DNA of 64,000 nucleotides from Bigelowiella natans CCMP2755. Lineage: Eukaryota; Protista; Cercozoa. The translations under genes and the position numbers were made by a program. The notes beneath the pieces are model-generated. The model saw only the letters and a program-made list of their open reading frames with translations, did no database searches and was not told where the DNA came from. This document shows, one piece after another, positions 61,439 through 64,000 of the stretch; position 1 is the stretch's first letter, and each line of letters starts with the position of its first letter. The stretch is taken from positions 85,675 to 149,674 of the forward strand of contig ADNK01002608.1 in assembly GCA_000320545.1 (NCBI GenBank), in the 5' to 3' direction.

Positions 61439-63067
61439 ATGAAATACGACCTCGACAGTCCTCGGAGCGCGAAAAAATGCCCAGATGCATATGTGAAATA
61501 TGGAAGATGCGATGTGTTGGATTATCACATGGGAAGAGAGGTTCAATATTTTTTTTTTAATTTGCGGAATGAAGATGTAATATTGCTCACTGCCAAAAGT
61601 TTGAATTGACCAGAACAGCTTTCCTTGTTGCTTTGTTGTGGGAATGCAAGGTTTGGCGTACATGCCGCGTGCTTCAGCATGACACAAAGCACCAAGCTGT
61701 CTTTGTTCATTGGGAAGGATGGTATGATTATTCCGGTACTCTGTTGGACATGTGGTGAAAATTCGTGTTTGTCTTTCGTTCTTCTGTGATTTTCTCCTTA
61801 AGGGGTCATCATTGGGACGAGTGGATTGACCTTACCCTTGGTCGTCGGGTTATTGCCCCGCTTTGGACAAAGGTTAAGAAAGAAAAGTACCCCTGGATTT
61901 TTAATCATCATTAGAAGTGAGTCACAAAGGATTTCTCATTAACAGTTTTTCTTTTGGAAGGTACCTCGACTAATGCGAACTGGTAAGCAATGTGAGTTCA
62001 ATTCTCCGTTAAGCATTGGCATTGCCGGACCTGACGGAAACATGATTCGCATCGCCCCTCGGGGAACCGCATTTTATCCCCACGCTTCCCTCCTGTTGTC
62101 TACCTGCCTGGACAGTCAAACTAATGCCATTATCCGCATTTATCAGGTGATGAAATTAAAATGTCTAATGTTGACAATGAAATTTAAGACCGTTCAAAAT
62201 TTTAAAGAAGTGTCGTACCCTCTCAGGGAGAGCGTCCCCATGCTACAAATAACAAGTTTCTGGGATTATTTGAGATCAGCAACATACCATCGGTCATTAT
62301 ACTTTTTTTAAGCATCAGAAGGTGTCATTTTCCTTATTCTTTTGATCGTACTCAGGCCCAGCAGGGAGTCCCTCAGATTCGTCTCACTTTGTGCCTCCAT
62401 CCAGATGGGCTTCTCTCGATTCGTGCTCATTTTGACAACCTCCCGGCCTCATCGTCGTCGTCTTCAACTACTGATAAATCAATTGAGGATGTGCTTGCCG
62501 GTGTTGATATCCATGATGTCAATCCAAATCCAGGGGAGGTTGAAGCCGCCCTGGAACTTGAGAAAGTTCATCGTGAAGAAGATGAAATTGAAGTGGGGAA
62601 AAAAGGAGATCCGTGGGAGGAAAGAAAGTGCAGGCAATGGACTATCGACAAAGTATTTGGCATTGATTATTCTGATCCATCATTGATTTCTTCCCTTCAA
62701 CTGAAATTTTTGCTAAGAATATTCTGTTTTCTGTAATGCCCTTACAGAAATTGCGCCACATCCTCGGAAAAGACGTCACGGAACTCATTCAGGTTAGTTT
62801 GTTGCATTTAAGAACAACTTTGTTTCAATAAAATCATGTTGGCTCCATGTGTAGGACTACGACGATGAACTTCGACGGGCTTTATGTGTCGTTCCTCTTC
62901 AAGCAAATTCGTCAATGCCCACAATTGGATCCCATTTCACATTGCTTAATGATGAAGATAACGAGGATGATAACGATGATGGTGATGATGATGACGAGGA
63001 TGATGATGAAGATAATGAAGACGATCATGACGCTGCAGCTCCACCTCTTCTTGATACTACTCTGTAA
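61439..63067 (+). CDS. Tudor-knot/chromo-barrel domain fused to an Hsp70 substrate-binding-domain-like region and acidic tail; upstream exons possible
   Basis: CDVLDYHMGRE|VWRTCRVLQHDTKHQAVFVHWEGW|GHHWDEWIDL...IAPLWTK|..NSPLSIGIAGPDGNMIRIAPRGT...STCLDSQTNAIIRIYQ|GERPHATNNKFLGLFEISNIPS|AQQGVPQIRLTLCLHPDGLLSIRA; stop TAA 63065-63067. Confidence 0.75.
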
Positions 63068-63840
63068 TGATAAGATTGCTCATAAGATTACTCATTTGCA
63101 CATGATTTACGAAACAAATGTGCTTTGAACCCAAGACAAATGTTGAAACTGCACCAATGACACCATGTGTCATGTCGGTTATGTCGAATGATGGTTTGTG
63201 TAGATGGTAAGATTATTTGTAATTTTTTGCATCTTTGATGTTGCTTTCTGGGATGTACGTCGAAGAGTCTTAGATTTAATCATTTTTGCATCCCTTTGAT
63301 TCAGAAAACAACTTCTGCTATGAACATCATTTTCCCATCTTTATTAATCTTTTGATTTCTCAACTTCCTTGCCAAAGAGTTTTTCCCAAAATGATTAAAA
63401 ATGAACTTGCACAATGAATGTGCAACTTGAACTTGTGGTTTTTGGCGAATGAAATGAGGCGCATGTCTTTTGTTTTTTCGTTCAAAAGCACATCATTTTC
63501 ATTTGCACACAGCGCCTTTGTCGAAAAATTGCATTCGCACATGTTCATGTTTTGCAGGTGTGTTCATGCACCATTGGTGCATGCGTTCAACACATTCTAG
63601 CTTTCATTGACAGCTGCTGCATTTCACTCCATGGCAGTGACAAAGAAACGATCTGGTAGCATGGCCATGGGCGCCCGACGGCGGGTTGGGGTTGGGGTTG
63701 CGGTTGGGGTTCTCTTGCGGTCGAAACGCAGGTCGAAGTGAGAAAAACCGTTGGCACAAAATTGGACAAAAGTTTTTTTTCGATCAGGAAAAAAATGTGG
63801 ACAAACATCACTGAAGATGTCTACAGGTTTTGAGAAGGCC

Positions 63841-64000
63841 CAGGGTCTGCGTCGAGGTCAGGGTCAGGGTCAGCGTCAGGGTCAAGTAGGTCAGGGTCAG
63901 GGTCAGGGTCAGGTAGGTCAGGGTCAGGGTCAGGGTCAGAGTCAGGGTCAAGTAGGTCAGGGTCAGGGTCAGAGTCAGGATCAGGGTCAGGTCAGGTCAG
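63841..64000 (+). repeat. Telomere-variant hexamer array (TCAGGG)n with degenerate units, continuing off the right edge
   Basis: 13 exact TCAGGG units plus TCAGAG/TCAGCG/TCAGG variants; G-rich strand points to the window end; TTGGGG x3 at 63683-63711; no TTAGGG. Confidence 0.8.

Noticed and set aside
15223-63067. Functional cluster of ubiquitin/chromatin genes (CUL4, RING, OTU, Rtt106-like, Tudor fusions) as the machinery behind TA conversion
   Set aside because: They are interspersed with unrelated housekeeping genes, such families are common, and no deaminase or host MTase motif was found in the window
63841-64000. Nucleomorph chromosome end
   Set aside because: The repeat is not TCTAGGG, and the long introns, flagellar gene and LTR elements are incompatible with a nucleomorph

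Overview
Eukaryotic nuclear DNA from an intron-rich, flagellate protist. Introns are GT-AG and packed with microsatellites. One protein with a signal peptide plus twin-arginine presequence hints at a complex-plastid alga such as a chlorarachniophyte (inference only). Manual splicing gives about 13 genes: NOT3, DRC11/IQCA1, SMIM30-like, RING-H2 E3, Cullin-4, TFIIIC subunit 6-like, Tudor-like+OTU protease, an unknown plastid-targeted protein, Rtt106-like, SOUL, a VPS9-domain GEF, Rpp14-like, and a Tudor-knot+Hsp70 substrate-binding-domain fusion. There is one freshly inserted intact Ty3/Gypsy element (identical 326-bp LTRs, 4-bp TSD, single 1657-aa ORF) and an older solo LTR of the same family. 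The main signal is an apparent repeat-targeted hypermutation that converts TpA to TpG/CpA, the reverse of fungal RIP, while leaving CpG untouched. The solo LTR differs from the intact LTRs only by transitions and has lost 12 of 24 TA sites. Intergenic blocks are nearly TA-free (2 TA in about 1470 bp at 45141-46610), with survivors concentrated in CTAG. The telomere-like array at the right end reads TCAGGG/TTGGGG instead of TTAGGG. The Gypsy polyprotein also ends in a degenerate DIRS/phage-Dam-type N6-adenine methyltransferase-like domain, a candidate counter-defence module. All homologies were recognised by eye from motifs; no database search was run.
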